Assembly (NCBI GenBank): GCA_963843555.1
Contig: CAWJKV010000004.1
Coordinates: 1 to 64,000 of the forward strand
Reading direction: 5' to 3'
DNA length: 64,000 bases
Source of the DNA: an uncultured Methanosarcinales archaeon
GTDB taxonomy: Archaea > Halobacteriota > Methanosarcinia > Methanotrichales > Methanotrichaceae
The position numbers and the translations under genes are program-made. The notes under the pieces are model-generated. The model was not told the DNA's origin. It saw only the letters and a program-made list of their open reading frames with translations, and did not search any database. Positions 22,770 through 33,242 of the stretch are shown here, one piece after another (the first letter of the stretch is position 1; every line of letters starts with the position of its first letter).

Positions 22770-23382
22770 TCAACTTTTGAGGAAGACCGCTTCCACCTCG
22801 GCGCGAACCAGATCCGTTCCTCTTACGCAGAGATTCCAGCGATGCGTGGCAATCGAGATCGGACGGAGGTCGGAAAAAAGCTCCTCCACCTCTCTTTCCG
22901 TGAAGTAGTGCGTAATGATGCCTTCGCCCCGCCGAAATGTGCCTGCCTCCACCTCCTCGCCCTGGCCCATGCGCATGTCATCCGTCCCAAACTCCCGGAA
23001 AAATAGCCTTCCGCCAACACGCAGCACTCGCGCGACCTCGCGGGCGAGCGTCTCACGCTCCTGCAGGAGCTGGTGGCCGGTGATATGAAAGGCGAAGACA
23101 GCATTGAAGCTCTCCTCCTGTATGGGCAGGAGTCTGGCGTCAGCCAGGATCAATCTGGCGTCAGGCAGCACTTTCCGGGTCAGGCGCAGTGCCTGAGATG
23201 ATATGTCGAGGGCGGCAATCTTCCAGCCGCCGGGCATGCTTGCTCAGCGTCTTTCCGTCGCCGCAGCCCAGCTCCAGGACGGCGGAGCCTTCGGGCAGAT
23301 GGGGCATATTCCGCACGCCACCTCCCCAGAGGCGTCCGCGGCTGAGGTAGTCCCTGTCCCAGGACTTGGAGTGAGAGTCCAC
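22770..23382 (-). CDS. Class I SAM-dependent methyltransferase (frameshift near 23240)
   Basis: VLELGCGDGKT motif I, ALDIS, ADARLLP, RVLRVGG. Confidence 0.88.
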
Positions 23383-23461
23383 GAAGGCATTTGGAGCGAA
23401 GGGGGCAATAATACTTTGTCAATCCGATGAGTATTAGTTCCATGACCTACAACGGGCGGCC

Positions 23462-24409
23462 ATGGATATGCTGGACCGCTTCCGGGGCTGCCTGTTGGGC
23501 GCAGCTGTGGGAGACGCCCTGGGAATGCCTACAGAAGGCTATACTGCAAGTGAGATCCAATCCCGATTCGGACGGGTTCGAAATATGATGCCTGCACCGA
23601 CTGGCCACTTTCACACCGGCCTTCTGGCCGGCCAGTTCACAGACGACACCGAAGAGACGCTGCTGCTGGCCGAGTCCCTCATCGAGGCTTCCGGCTTCTC
23701 TGCATTGCGATTTGCAGATAAGCTCATATCCTGGGGCACAACGTGGACATTGGACGAGAGGCTCAACCGGGGCGTGGGCTTTGCCACCCGATCTGCAGTG
23801 GAGAGCATGATTGCAGGAACTCCCTGGCAGGAGTCGGGCCTCCCGATACCAACCTGCGGCTCGGCCATGCGTGCCGCTCCCATTGGCCTATTCTACCACG
23901 CCGACCTGAACGTCGTCAAGAGCTACGCAGACCTGCAGAGCCTGCCCACCCACTGTGCCCCAGCCGCTCGCGCCGGAGCCGTGGCTGTGGCTTCCGGCGT
24001 GGCCCTCAGTCTGATGGACATTCCCGGGGAGATGATCTTGAGGAACGCTGCCTCCCAGGCCAGCAGAGTGGATGTCGACTTTGCGGAAAGGCTGCTTTGG
24101 GTGGGAACTCTATTAGACCTGTTGCCCGAGCAGGCTTTAAGTCTGATCAGAAACTCTCCCCTGGCCTCGGAGACGGTTCCCGCCGCATTTTACTGCTTTT
24201 TAAAATTCGAGCCGGAAGAAGGGCTGATCATGGCCGCGAACAGCGGAGGAGACACAGACTCGATCGCCTCCATGGCCGGTTCTCTCTTCGGCGCGGCCCG
24301 CGGAGCGTCTTGGATCCCGGAGCGCTGGCTGGCAGAGCTGGAAGATAAGGAGAGGATCGAGGCGACGGCCGAGGCCCTCTTTAACCTCTCCAATTCATTT
24401 TGTCGCTAA
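23462..24409 (+). CDS. ADP-ribosylglycohydrolase family protein
   Basis: GCLLGAAVGDALGMP, FTDDT, GSAMR, GGDTDSIASMAG. Confidence 0.95.
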   Translation: MDMLDRFRGCLLGAAVGDALGMPTEGYTASEIQSRFGRVRNMMPAPTGHFHTGLLAGQFTDDTEETLLLAESLIEASGFSALRFADKLISWGTTWTLDERLNRGVGFATRSAVESMIAGTPWQESGLPIPTCGSAMRAAPIGLFYHADLNVVKSYADLQSLPTHCAPAARAGAVAVASGVALSLMDIPGEMILRNAASQASRVDVDFAERLLWVGTLLDLLPEQALSLIRNSPLASETVPAAFYCFLKFEPEEGLIMAANSGGDTDSIASMAGSLFGAARGASWIPERWLAELEDKERIEATAEALFNLSNSFCR

Positions 24410-24449
24410 AGCGTGGTGAATTTATATCATTAGCTCGTCCGGGGATCTT

Positions 24450-25475
24450 ATGATAGATGTAGGAATTGTCGGTGGATCGGGCTACACCGGTGGGGAGCTC
24501 TTGCGACTCCTCGCAAATCATCCCGATGTCAAGGTAAAAGCTGTCACTTCCCGCAAGCTCTCGGGAAAGCCCGTGAGCCTGATTCATCCTCACCTGAAGA
24601 ACATTTATTCTATGAACTTTGAGGCGCTCAGCGCCAAAGAAGCAGCCGAACGCTGTGATATCGTCTTTACAGGCGTTCCCCACGGAACGGCTATGGACTG
24701 GGTGCCAGAGCTCCTGGATGCCGGCACAAGGGTCATAGACCTCTCCTCCGACTACCGGTTGCCGGCGGATGTCTTTGAAGAGACATACGGCATGAAACAC
24801 CGCGCTCCGCGGGAGGCAGTCTTCGGCCTGACTGAGCTCCATCCCGAGGTGGCGAAAGCAAAGCTGGTAGGCAATCCGGGCTGCTACCCCACGGGTGCCA
24901 CTCTGGCTGTAGCCCCGCTGGCCAAAGCCGGGCTGGTGGACCGGGTGGTCTACGACTCCAAGTCGGGAATCTCCGGCGCTGGAATCGAGCCGACTGAGAC
25001 CAGCCATTACCCCAACATGGCGCAAAATGTGATTCCCTACAAGCTCACCACGCACAGGCACGTTCCTGAGATCAAGCAGGAGCTGGGACGCCTTTCGCCA
25101 GGAATCCGGGTGAACTTCACGCCCCACGTCATCCCATCAGTGCGGGGCATCCTCACCACGGCCCATGTCTTCGCCCGCGAAGGTGCCGTGGAAACTCTGC
25201 AGGATAAGAACAAAGTGGCCCAAATTTATAGTGATTTCTACAAGAGCGCTCCATTCGTTCGCATGGCAGATAGTATTCCGAGGCTCAGCTCTGTAAGAGG
25301 CTCCAACTTCTGTGACATAAGCTTTGAGCCGGAGAAAGGGAGCGATCGGCTGGTGGTCATATCGGCCATAGACAACCTGGTGAAAGGTGCATCCGGCCAG
25401 GCCATTCAGAACATGAACCTCATGGCAGGCTTCGATGAGAAGACCGGTCTCTGGTTCCCGGGAATGGCGCCCTGA
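24450..25475 (+). CDS. argC: N-acetyl-gamma-glutamyl-phosphate reductase
   Basis: GGSGYTGGELLRLL, NPGCYPT, SGISGAG, DNLVKGASGQAIQNMN. Confidence 0.98.
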   Translation: MIDVGIVGGSGYTGGELLRLLANHPDVKVKAVTSRKLSGKPVSLIHPHLKNIYSMNFEALSAKEAAERCDIVFTGVPHGTAMDWVPELLDAGTRVIDLSSDYRLPADVFEETYGMKHRAPREAVFGLTELHPEVAKAKLVGNPGCYPTGATLAVAPLAKAGLVDRVVYDSKSGISGAGIEPTETSHYPNMAQNVIPYKLTTHRHVPEIKQELGRLSPGIRVNFTPHVIPSVRGILTTAHVFAREGAVETLQDKNKVAQIYSDFYKSAPFVRMADSIPRLSSVRGSNFCDISFEPEKGSDRLVVISAIDNLVKGASGQAIQNMNLMAGFDEKTGLWFPGMAP

Positions 25476-25481
25476 ACAAAG

Positions 25482-25973
25482 GTGAAAGAAATGAAAGTCA
25501 GAGATGTTATGAATGTCCGGCCCATCACGGTCCCGGCAGAGGCGAATATAAGCGAAGCGGCTCGCCTGTTGCGCGAAAATAAGATCAGCGGCTTGCCGGT
25601 TCTGGATGGAGAGAAGCTGGTGGGAATAGTATCGGAGTCGGACCTCTTGCGGCTCTTATCTGTCGAGGATAAGGAAGAAGGCAGTCTGTGGCTCCCCAGT
25701 CCTTTCGAGGTCTTCGAGGTTCCTTTCCGCGATCTGGTGAAGTGGGAGCGGATGCAATCCAGTCTGAAAGATAACCAGACGAAGAGCGTTAGCGACGTGA
25801 TGAGCCGGAATCTGCATGAGGTCGGACCGGATGACTCCGTCGAGGAGGCGGCAAGCATCATGACCCGCCACCGGATCAACCGTCTGCCGGTGGTCGAGGA
25901 CGGCCGGCTGGTGGGAATAGTGACCAGAGGCGATATCATCTCCGGTTTGGGGATGCAGCATGCAGAGGATTGA
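25482..25973 (+). CDS. CBS-domain pair protein
   Basis: ISGLPVLDGEKLVGIVSESD and INRLPVVEDGRLVGIVTRGD. Confidence 0.92.
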   Translation: MKEMKVRDVMNVRPITVPAEANISEAARLLRENKISGLPVLDGEKLVGIVSESDLLRLLSVEDKEEGSLWLPSPFEVFEVPFRDLVKWERMQSSLKDNQTKSVSDVMSRNLHEVGPDDSVEEAASIMTRHRINRLPVVEDGRLVGIVTRGDIISGLGMQHAED

Positions 25974-27140
25974 AGGCGGCATCTGTGCCGTGGCAGGTGT
26001 GCGGGCGGCAGGAGTTCGTTATGGTAAGTACGGCCTGGCCCTGATCGCGGCCTCAGGAGCCGCAGCCGGCATGTTCACCACAAACAAAGTCCGGGCGGCG
26101 CCGCTGGATGTTACGGCTGAGCACCTGGCTGGCGGCCATCTGGATGGCGTCATCGCCAATAGTGGCTGTGCCAATGCCTATACCGGCCCGCGGGGCGCAG
26201 AAGACGCCCGGGCTATGGCCCGACTTCTGGCCGGTTTTCTGAAAACCGATGAGAAAAAGATCGCTGTGGCCTCCACAGGCGTCATCGGCAGGTACATGGA
26301 CATGGATCTCGTCGCCCGGCTCTTTGAGGAAGCAAAACCGAGGCTGCAGAGCAATGGCCAGGCCAGCCTGGAGGCGGAGAGGGCCATCATGACCACCGAT
26401 ACTCGGCCCAAAGAAGTTGCCATAGAGCACCAGGGGCTGCGCGTAGCCGGTATCGTCAAGGGAGCGGGCATGATTGAGCCCAATGTGGCCACCATGCTCT
26501 GTTTCCTTTATACGGATGCGGACTTTCCGGCCCCGTGTCCTGCCGCAACTGCCTGAAAGATGCCGTCCAGGACAGCTTCAATATGCTCACCGTGGACGGG
26601 GACACCAGCACCAACGACACCGTTCTCCTCACCGCCACGGCCCGGGCCAAAGGCCGCGAAGAGGATTTCCGGGAAGCTCTGCATTACGTCTGCATGGATC
26701 TGGCCCGCCAGATGGCCCGGGACGGAGAAGGGGCCAGCAAGTACTTCGAGACCGTGGTCACTGGCGCCCGCAATGTGGAGGATGCCCGTCTGGCGGCCAA
26801 GGCCGTGGCCCGCAGCAGTCTCGTCAAGACCGCCGTTTATGGAGCGGATCCCAACTGGGGCAGGATTATCTGCGCCGTAGGATATTCGGGCGCTGCGATG
26901 GACCCGGAGAAGGTTACTCTGGGACTGGAGGGAAAGAGTCCGGATGGAGCAAGCCTCAAGGTTTCCCTGGTGGAGAAAGGACGCATCGTGGACGGAGTCC
27001 TGGATCAGGCCAGGATGATTATGAAGGGGGACTCCATTATCATCAACATCGACCTCGCGCTCGGCAGCGCCCGCGCACGGGGCTTTGGCTGCGATCTGAC
27101 GCATGAGTATGTGAATGTAAACGCCAACTACACGACCTGA
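25960..27140 (+). CDS. argJ: Ornithine acetyltransferase / N-acetylglutamate synthase (frameshift near 26540)
   Basis: NSGCANAYTG, ASTGVIG, IMTTDT, KGAGMIEPNVATML, VDGDTSTND, DPNWGRI, GCDLTHEYVNVNANYTT. Confidence 0.97.
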
Positions 27141-27141
27141 T

Positions 27142-28582
27142 ATGTTTCGAGACCAACGTTTGGGTGAAATCTCCAAAGATGTTCTGGATTACCTCTCCAG
27201 CCGGGAGGCGGATGAGAGGATCTTCGAGGCGGATCTGCTGGTGGATAGAGCCCATCTGGTGATGCTGAGGGAGCAGGGCTTGATCTCAGCCGAGGTCTGC
27301 TCACAGATCATGGCCGCGCTGGAGGAGATCGGGACGACGGCGGAGCCAGCATCGGGCGCAGGCGAGGACGTGCATGAGGCCATTGAGGCGCAGGTTCTGG
27401 CCAGGGTCGGTCCCGAGGGAGGGAGGATGCACACCGGCCGCTCTCGCAATGATGAGGTGGCCACCTGCATTCGGCTGGCTCTGCGGGACGAGATGCTGGA
27501 TCTGATGAAAGAGCTGCTCTCTTTTATCCAGACGCTTGTCCGCCTGGCGGCGGAGCACAAAGAGACCAGTCATCCCCGGCTTCACTCACACCCAGCACGC
27601 TCAGCCGACAACGCTGGCCCATCATCTCCTGGCGCATGCCGATGCCGCAGCACGTGATCTGGCCAGGATGGAGGACGCCTATGCCCGGGTGAACCTGAGC
27701 CCGCTCGGGGCCGCCGCCTTTGCCTCCACCGGCTTTGCGATCGACAGGATGAGGACCTGTCAGCTTTTGGGCTTCGACGGTCTGGTGGAGAACAGCATGG
27801 ATGCCGTCTCCACGCGCGATTTTATCCTGGAGGTACTGGCCGATCTCTCCATTATGATGGTCAACCTCAGCCGTCTGGCAGAGGAGCTGATCCTCTGGTC
27901 CACCTCCGAGTTCGGTTATCTGGAATTGGACAACCTCTATGCCTCCACCAGCTCCATCATGCCCCAGAAGAAGAACCCGGATACAGCGGAGCTGGCCCGG
28001 GGTAAGACTGGCTCGGTCATGGGCAGCCTCATGGCGGTGCTCTCCATCTGCAAGGGCCTGCCCCTGAGCTACAACCGCGACCTGCAGGAGGCGACGCCCC
28101 ATTTGTGGCGCAGCCTGGACTGGGCGCGGAGCACAGTGCGTATCCTGGATGGCTGCGTCTCCACTCTCAAGTTCAACCTGGAACGGATGAATACGAGCTC
28201 GGGCGCAGGCTTCTCCACGGCCACGGAGCTGGCGGATTCCCTGGTACGCATCACCGGCATGCCCTTTCGCACAGCACACCGCATCGTGGGGCAGACAGCC
28301 GCAGGCTGGGGAAGCCCGAGCATGTTCCAGCTGGATGAGATATCTCTGGAGATCGCAGGCTTTTCGGCCAGCGAGCGCGGCTTTTCCGAAACGGATCTGG
28401 AGAGGGCTTTGGATCCGAGAAGCAATGTAGCGCTGCGGGCGAATACGGGCGGGCCCGCGCCAGAGGAGACGGGGCGGATGATCCAGGAGAGGCTGGTGCG
28501 GATAGCGGCGGGAGAAGAGCGGCTGAATGAGAGAAGGGGGCGGGTCGAGAGGGCGATGGAGGAGCTGCGGGCTGTGAGATAG
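27142..28582 (+). CDS. argH: Argininosuccinate lyase (frameshift near 27570)
   Basis: HTGRSRNDEV, PGFTHTQHAQP, TSSIMPQKKNPD, YNRDLQE, PFRTAH. Confidence 0.97.
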
Positions 28583-28803
28583 GTAAACAGTTTCGTTAAA
28601 ACTAATCCATATGTTTATCAGCATTCGTTGCCCCGCAGCGATTGTGTATCTGTACGCCTGGCGCACAGTGCAATATGGCAGGCTTGCCCTCTGGCATTTA
28701 AATCGAGTTAACGATGTAAAAGCATCTCGATCGTTCTCCATCAATAATGGCATGTGAGCTGTTCGGATATGCACTCAATCTGTGCCCTCTAAAAACATCT
28801 GAG

Positions 28804-29099
28804 GGTAAAGGGCAAAGCTCCATAAATTGTTCCCCGCGGCCGCGGGGTCAGGGGGGCCGCCACGGCCGTGAGTGGACCCCGTCACCCCAGCGCGTAAAAC
28901 CCGCGCGGAACCCCGGAAGAAGAGGTAAGATCGTTTACGCCTGAGTAAGCGATATGCCAATGTTATCGAAATGCGGACTGGACTTTGTAGATATATGCAA
29001 GGACAGTATCAGCATCAGTGCATTCTTCCGGGGTGCCGCGAGTCGGCCTGCTGGCCTCGGGCCGCGGCCGGCCGAGCGACGGCGGTTAGGCTGCAGATA
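28804..29099 (+). ncRNA. Structured non-coding element, copy 1 (homologous to 59723-60003); identity unknown
   Basis: Collinear similarity to 59723-60003; 18-nt arms 28904-28921 and 29023-29040 pair with one mismatch. Confidence 0.55.
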
Positions 29100-29417
29100 A
29101 TCGAGAGTGCCACTGTCTGGATGGAGCCCGGATCCTTTCGCATGCAGATCTGGTCAAATAAGTCAAGCAATTCGATTTTTCATCTGCTTCGTGTGAGCCG
29201 TCCTGAGGCTCATGGGCGTTTCGCATGGTACATCGCAGCGCTCAAAGTAAAACAGGGCCAGGCGGAAGGCATCGGGTTTTGCTCGCAATTCAGATCGAAT
29301 CGAAAATAGGCAGTGGAATCGAATGGCAGACCTGCTGCCACATATTCCGCGTCTTCCAGTTCCAGATAAAGCGTCAGCAAAGCCACATTTCTGGAACATA
29401 AAATTGGTATTGGCGAG

Positions 29418-29804
29418 TCACTGACGGATATCCAGCTTGGTCCTGCCCATCACCGATAGGTAGGCAACCTCTTTTCCTTCCTCGATCTTTGGTTTCTGAT
29501 CATCGGTTATGGGTACGTCGATGGTCGCATAGGTGCCCAGGTCCATGAGCTGCACTGAAGTGCTGCCGATGGACAGAACCTGGCCTGTCTTGCGCTCTAC
29601 GTTAGGCACATAGATCTTTGTGGTGACCGGCTGAACGATTGATTTCTTCTGGTTATCGAAGATACCTATGGCATCCACCCTGGCTTTGGCCGAACCGTGC
29701 TTACCCGGCTTGGAATGGGATATGCTCTTGATTATGCATGGCTCTTCATCGATGATAACGTATCTTCCTTCTTTCAGCTCTCTGACCTCAACCTGCTCCT
29801 TCAT
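29418..29804 (-). CDS. eif5A: Translation factor aIF5A
   Basis: SKPGKHGSAKAR hypusine motif. Confidence 0.97.
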   Translation of the reverse strand: MKEQVEVRELKEGRYVIIDEEPCIIKSISHSKPGKHGSAKARVDAIGIFDNQKKSIVQPVTTKIYVPNVERKTGQVLSIGSTSVQLMDLGTYATIDVPITDDQKPKIEEGKEVAYLSVMGRTKLDIRQ

Positions 29805-29839
29805 TTCATCACTCCTTGCGACGAATGCAACTCTCCTAT

Positions 29840-30943
29840 TTAAAGAATATCTTTTATCCGCCTCAAAGCTTCCAGAAGTTGAGAGCGCGCTGCAGCATAA
29901 GAGATCCTGATGTGCTCTTTTCCACCCGGTCCGAAGGCTGAGCCAGGGACGGTGATGACGCCCGCCTTTCCCAGAGCAGCAGCGACGGCATCTCCATCTC
30001 CCACCCGCGGGAAGAGATAGAAAGCGCCCTCCGGTTCGATCAGATCCACGCCCATCTCCCGGAAGCCTGCCACCAGCATATCCCTGCGATTCCGGAATTC
30101 ATCCCTCATCTGGAATACGCAGTCCTGGGGTCCAGTGATGGCCGCCAGGGCCGCCGCCTGAGAGATGGAGCTGGCGCAGGCCTGAACATACTGGTGAATC
30201 TTGAGCATTTGCTCCAGGGCTCCTCCCTTTGCCCCCAGATAACCCAGCCTCCAGCCGGTCATGGCATAGGTCTTGGAGACGGCATTGACGGTGATGACGT
30301 TCTCCGAGAACCGGCCCGGGCTGACGTGCTCTCCCCGGTAGATGAAGTGCTCGTAGACCTCGTCTGAGAGGACGGCGATATCTCTGTCCTCAGCTATCTC
30401 CGCGATGGCCCTCATCTGCTCCGGAGTTTGCACCGCTCCGGTGGGATTGGAGGGCGAGTTGACTATTATGAGACGGGTCCTGTCCGTTATTCGCTCAACG
30501 ATTGCCTCCGGCGCGAGGCGGAGGTTCTCGTCCAGGGGAACGTTCACCGGAATTCCGCCCACAAGCTTGGTCAACTCGGCGTAGGAGAGGAAGCTCGGAT
30601 CGCCAACCAGTACCTCTTCGCCGGCATTGACCAGCGCGGCAATGACCAGAAAGAGAGCCTCGCTGGCTCCGCTGGTCACCATGATCTCCTCCGGCGAATA
30701 TGCTACCCTGTTCTCAGAGCGGAACTTTTCCGCAAGAGCGTCTCGCAGCTCTGGTACACCACAATTGGGGGTGTATCCGCATAGCCCTTTCTGGATGGCC
30801 TCAATGGCCGCTTCTTTTATGTGCGCGGGCGTGTCGAAGTCCGGCTGGCCCAGCCCCAGATTAACAGAACCCGGGGCTGCCCCCTCAAAACATTTCCTTA
30901 TGCCTGAAATCTCAATTTTTTCCGTGCAGCTGGCAAATCTCAT
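29840..30943 (-). CDS. Class I/II PLP aminotransferase (aspartate aminotransferase-like)
   Basis: NSPSNPTG, SDEVY, SKTYAMTGWRLG. Confidence 0.95.
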   Translation of the reverse strand: MRFASCTEKIEISGIRKCFEGAAPGSVNLGLGQPDFDTPAHIKEAAIEAIQKGLCGYTPNCGVPELRDALAEKFRSENRVAYSPEEIMVTSGASEALFLVIAALVNAGEEVLVGDPSFLSYAELTKLVGGIPVNVPLDENLRLAPEAIVERITDRTRLIIVNSPSNPTGAVQTPEQMRAIAEIAEDRDIAVLSDEVYEHFIYRGEHVSPGRFSENVITVNAVSKTYAMTGWRLGYLGAKGGALEQMLKIHQYVQACASSISQAAALAAITGPQDCVFQMRDEFRNRRDMLVAGFREMGVDLIEPEGAFYLFPRVGDGDAVAAALGKAGVITVPGSAFGPGGKEHIRISYAAARSQLLEALRRIKDIL

Positions 30944-31449
30944 CGCTCCTCCCTCTGAGCAACATTTCCCGTCTGCTCATCCTTATAAACCACATTGAGG
31001 ACGCTGAAGCAACTGAGCCTGCCCAGCTCCTCTTTGATGATGTTCATCCTGACTCTGCCCCCCCTCCAGTATAATGTGATCTTGGCATCCTCTTTCTCCG
31101 TCTCCAGGCTGATGGATTCCATGAACCTCTCCAGAGCCCGCGAATTGGAGAAGGGAACAACGAATATGGCTCTGTATCTGTCTTTCTTGCGGGCATAGGA
31201 GGTGAGGATATAGCCGTTGTTTTCGAACTCGCTTATCTCCTCGAACCGGCATAATACCTCCTTCTCATGCTCTGTAGTTGAGTCGACCTTGGAAATTGTC
31301 AACAGAATCTTGGCAATAAGAGACTTATCAAATTTTCTCCCAAACCATATATTGATAGCGCCCTGGGTAAGGACAATGGATACCGTTGAGCCGCTCACTT
31401 CAATAGAGACTGGCTCTGGCCTGTTACCTGGGAGGCCTGGCATGTACAT
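30940..31449 (-). CDS. Hypothetical protein
   Basis: 169-aa ORF overlapping the aminotransferase start (ATGA). Confidence 0.7.
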   Translation of the reverse strand: MYMPGLPGNRPEPVSIEVSGSTVSIVLTQGAINIWFGRKFDKSLIAKILLTISKVDSTTEHEKEVLCRFEEISEFENNGYILTSYARKKDRYRAIFVVPFSNSRALERFMESISLETEKEDAKITLYWRGGRVRMNIIKEELGRLSCFSVLNVVYKDEQTGNVAQREER

Positions 31450-31510
31450 CTAGATCCGGGCGGAGCAGATATAACCGTTTCGAGAATAATCCCGTGAAGA
31501 GGATGATTCA

Positions 31511-31927
31511 ATGGACCAATGCTTAGCCGCTCTGAAGGAGCACTTCCTGGAGGAGCCTTATGCCCGGATCTTCGGGATAGAGATTGTGGAGCTGGAGGCG
31601 GGACGCGCTCTCTTGCAGATGCAGACATCCCAGAGGATGAACAACCTCTTCGGCATGATCCACGGGGCTGCCATCTATTCGCTCCTGGATGCAGCCTTCG
31701 AGCTGGCAGTCAACTCGCACGGCATAGTTGCCGTAGCTCTGAGCGTGAATGTGAATTACCTTAACGCGGCCCTCCCCGGCGAAACGCTCCAGGCGGAAGC
31801 CCGGGAGACCAATCAATCCCGCAAAATCTCTGCCTGCGAGATTCGGGTCACGGGTAAGGACGCGAGGCTGGTAGCTTCTGCCCAGGCCCTGGCTTACAGA
31901 AAGAAGGACAAGCTCCCCTTCCTTTGA
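31511..31927 (+). CDS. PaaI family thioesterase (hotdog fold)
   Basis: NLFGMIHGAAIYSLLD. Confidence 0.9.
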   Translation: MDQCLAALKEHFLEEPYARIFGIEIVELEAGRALLQMQTSQRMNNLFGMIHGAAIYSLLDAAFELAVNSHGIVAVALSVNVNYLNAALPGETLQAEARETNQSRKISACEIRVTGKDARLVASAQALAYRKKDKLPFL

Positions 31928-32027
31928 GACCTAAAATTTGAATCTCAGATTTGGGACTTATTTTTTTTGAGCCCTATAAACGCCGTTGAACAGGATTTAT
32001 ATTCCATCGCCGCTCTAGACAGGGGCG

Positions 32028-33242
32028 ATGAAACTCGGGCCCTGCATAAAAACGTATAAAGACGATACTCACCGGGCACTGCCGCCGGAGGAGACGCAAA
32101 AGCGGGTTGAAGCCAAGATGCCTGCCGCCGGGATCACAAGGGTTGCAGATATCACCAACCTGGACCGAATCGGCATACCCGTCTTCTCTTCCATACGACC
32201 AATGGCCGACCGCGGAGCCGTTTCCGTCTACAATGGTAAAGGGGCTACGCCTACGGAGGCCAGAGTCTCGGCCATGATGGAAGGCCTGGAGCGCTACTCG
32301 GCAGAGGTGCGAGACCGCGAATTGACCCTGGCCCGCTGTTCCAGCCTGGGCGCTGGGGCGCTGGACCCGGCTGACCTGATCCTGCCTGCCGGCGCGGAGG
32401 CGGACGCCGAGATACCCTGGATCCTGGGGTGGGACATCATGAACGATGCGGAAATACAGGTTCCGGCCAATGCGGTCTTTCACCCCCTGTCCTCAGATTA
32501 CAAGAGGCTCTTTCGTACCAACACCAGCGGCCTGGCATCAGGCAATGTGATCGAGGAGGCCATATTCCATGGTCTGGCCGAGGTCATCGAGAGAGACGCC
32601 TGGGCCCTGGTGGAAACGACGCGCAATATGGGGCCGCTCATAAGCGATGTGGGTGACGGTCAGGCGAAAGAACTCCTGGACAAATTCGCAGCGGCCGGCG
32701 TCGACGTCTATCTGAGAGATATCACCAGCGACATTGGCATTGCTACCTGTGCTGCCGCCGCTGATGATATCAAACTGCGCGATCCGACGCTTCTCACCAC
32801 GGGCATGGGCACGCACACCAGCGCTCGCGTGGCAGTGCTTCGCGCTCTGACCGAGGTGGCGCAGAGCCGCCTTACCCAGATTCACGGGGCGAGAGAGGAT
32901 ACGACCCTGGCAGATTTTCGCAAGCGAATAGGCTACGACAGGACGAAGAGGCTCAACCGTCATTGGTTTGAAGCCTCCGAGACGAAGAGCTTTAACGAAA
33001 TTGAGTCCTTCGATAGCGATGATTTCCTGCTGGATATAAAATATATGTTAAAGAAGCTGGAGGAGGCAGGGCTTGATCAGGTGGTGGTCGTGGACCTGAC
33101 ACGCGAGGAGATAGGCGTTCCTGTGGTCAGGGTAATTGTGCCTGGCCTCGAAGTCGCCGCAGTAGACCCGGAAAGGGTAGGCCAGAGGTGCAGGAATGCC
33201 AGAAATCGTCGTCTTCCTAGGGCCAAGTTTAGCCAGGTCTAG
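32028..33242 (+). CDS. ycaO: YcaO-family MCR glycine thioamidation protein (methanogenesis marker 1)
   Basis: [64 protein letters not shown]. Confidence 0.95.
   Translation: MKLGPCIKTYKDDTHRALPPEETQKRVEAKMPAAGITRVADITNLDRIGIPVFSSIRPMADRGAVSVYNGKGATPTEARVSAMMEGLERYSAEVRDRELTLARCSSLGAGALDPADLILPAGAEADAEIPWILGWDIMNDAEIQVPANAVFHPLSSDYKRLFRTNTSGLASGNVIEEAIFHGLAEVIERDAWALVETTRNMGPLISDVGDGQAKELLDKFAAAGVDVYLRDITSDIGIATCAAAADDIKLRDPTLLTTGMGTHTSARVAVLRALTEVAQSRLTQIHGAREDTTLADFRKRIGYDRTKRLNRHWFEASETKSFNEIESFDSDDFLLDIKYMLKKLEEAGLDQVVVVDLTREEIGVPVVRVIVPGLEVAAVDPERVGQRCRNARNRRLPRAKFSQV

Noticed and set aside
26520..27590. Programmed ribosomal frameshifting in argJ, argH and others
   Set aside because: No consistent slippery site or stimulator seen; the number of affected housekeeping genes is better explained by sequencing error.
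28826..28860. CRISPR array
   Set aside because: Only one repeat-like hairpin per locus, no repeat-spacer periodicity, no 3' handle and no cas genes in the window.
28940..28972. Hammerhead ribozyme (CTGAGTA...stem...CGAAA) inside element copy 1
   Set aside because: The core is not CUGANGA, and copy 2 lacks both CUGA and GAAA at the equivalent positions.
28747..29399. Short ORFs over the structured element (28747-28944 +, 28775-28960 -, 28971-29309 +, 29163-29399 -)
   Set aside because: In the frames I compared, copy 2 has stops or a frame break and non-synonymous differences; the rest show no recognisable motifs. Treated as spurious.
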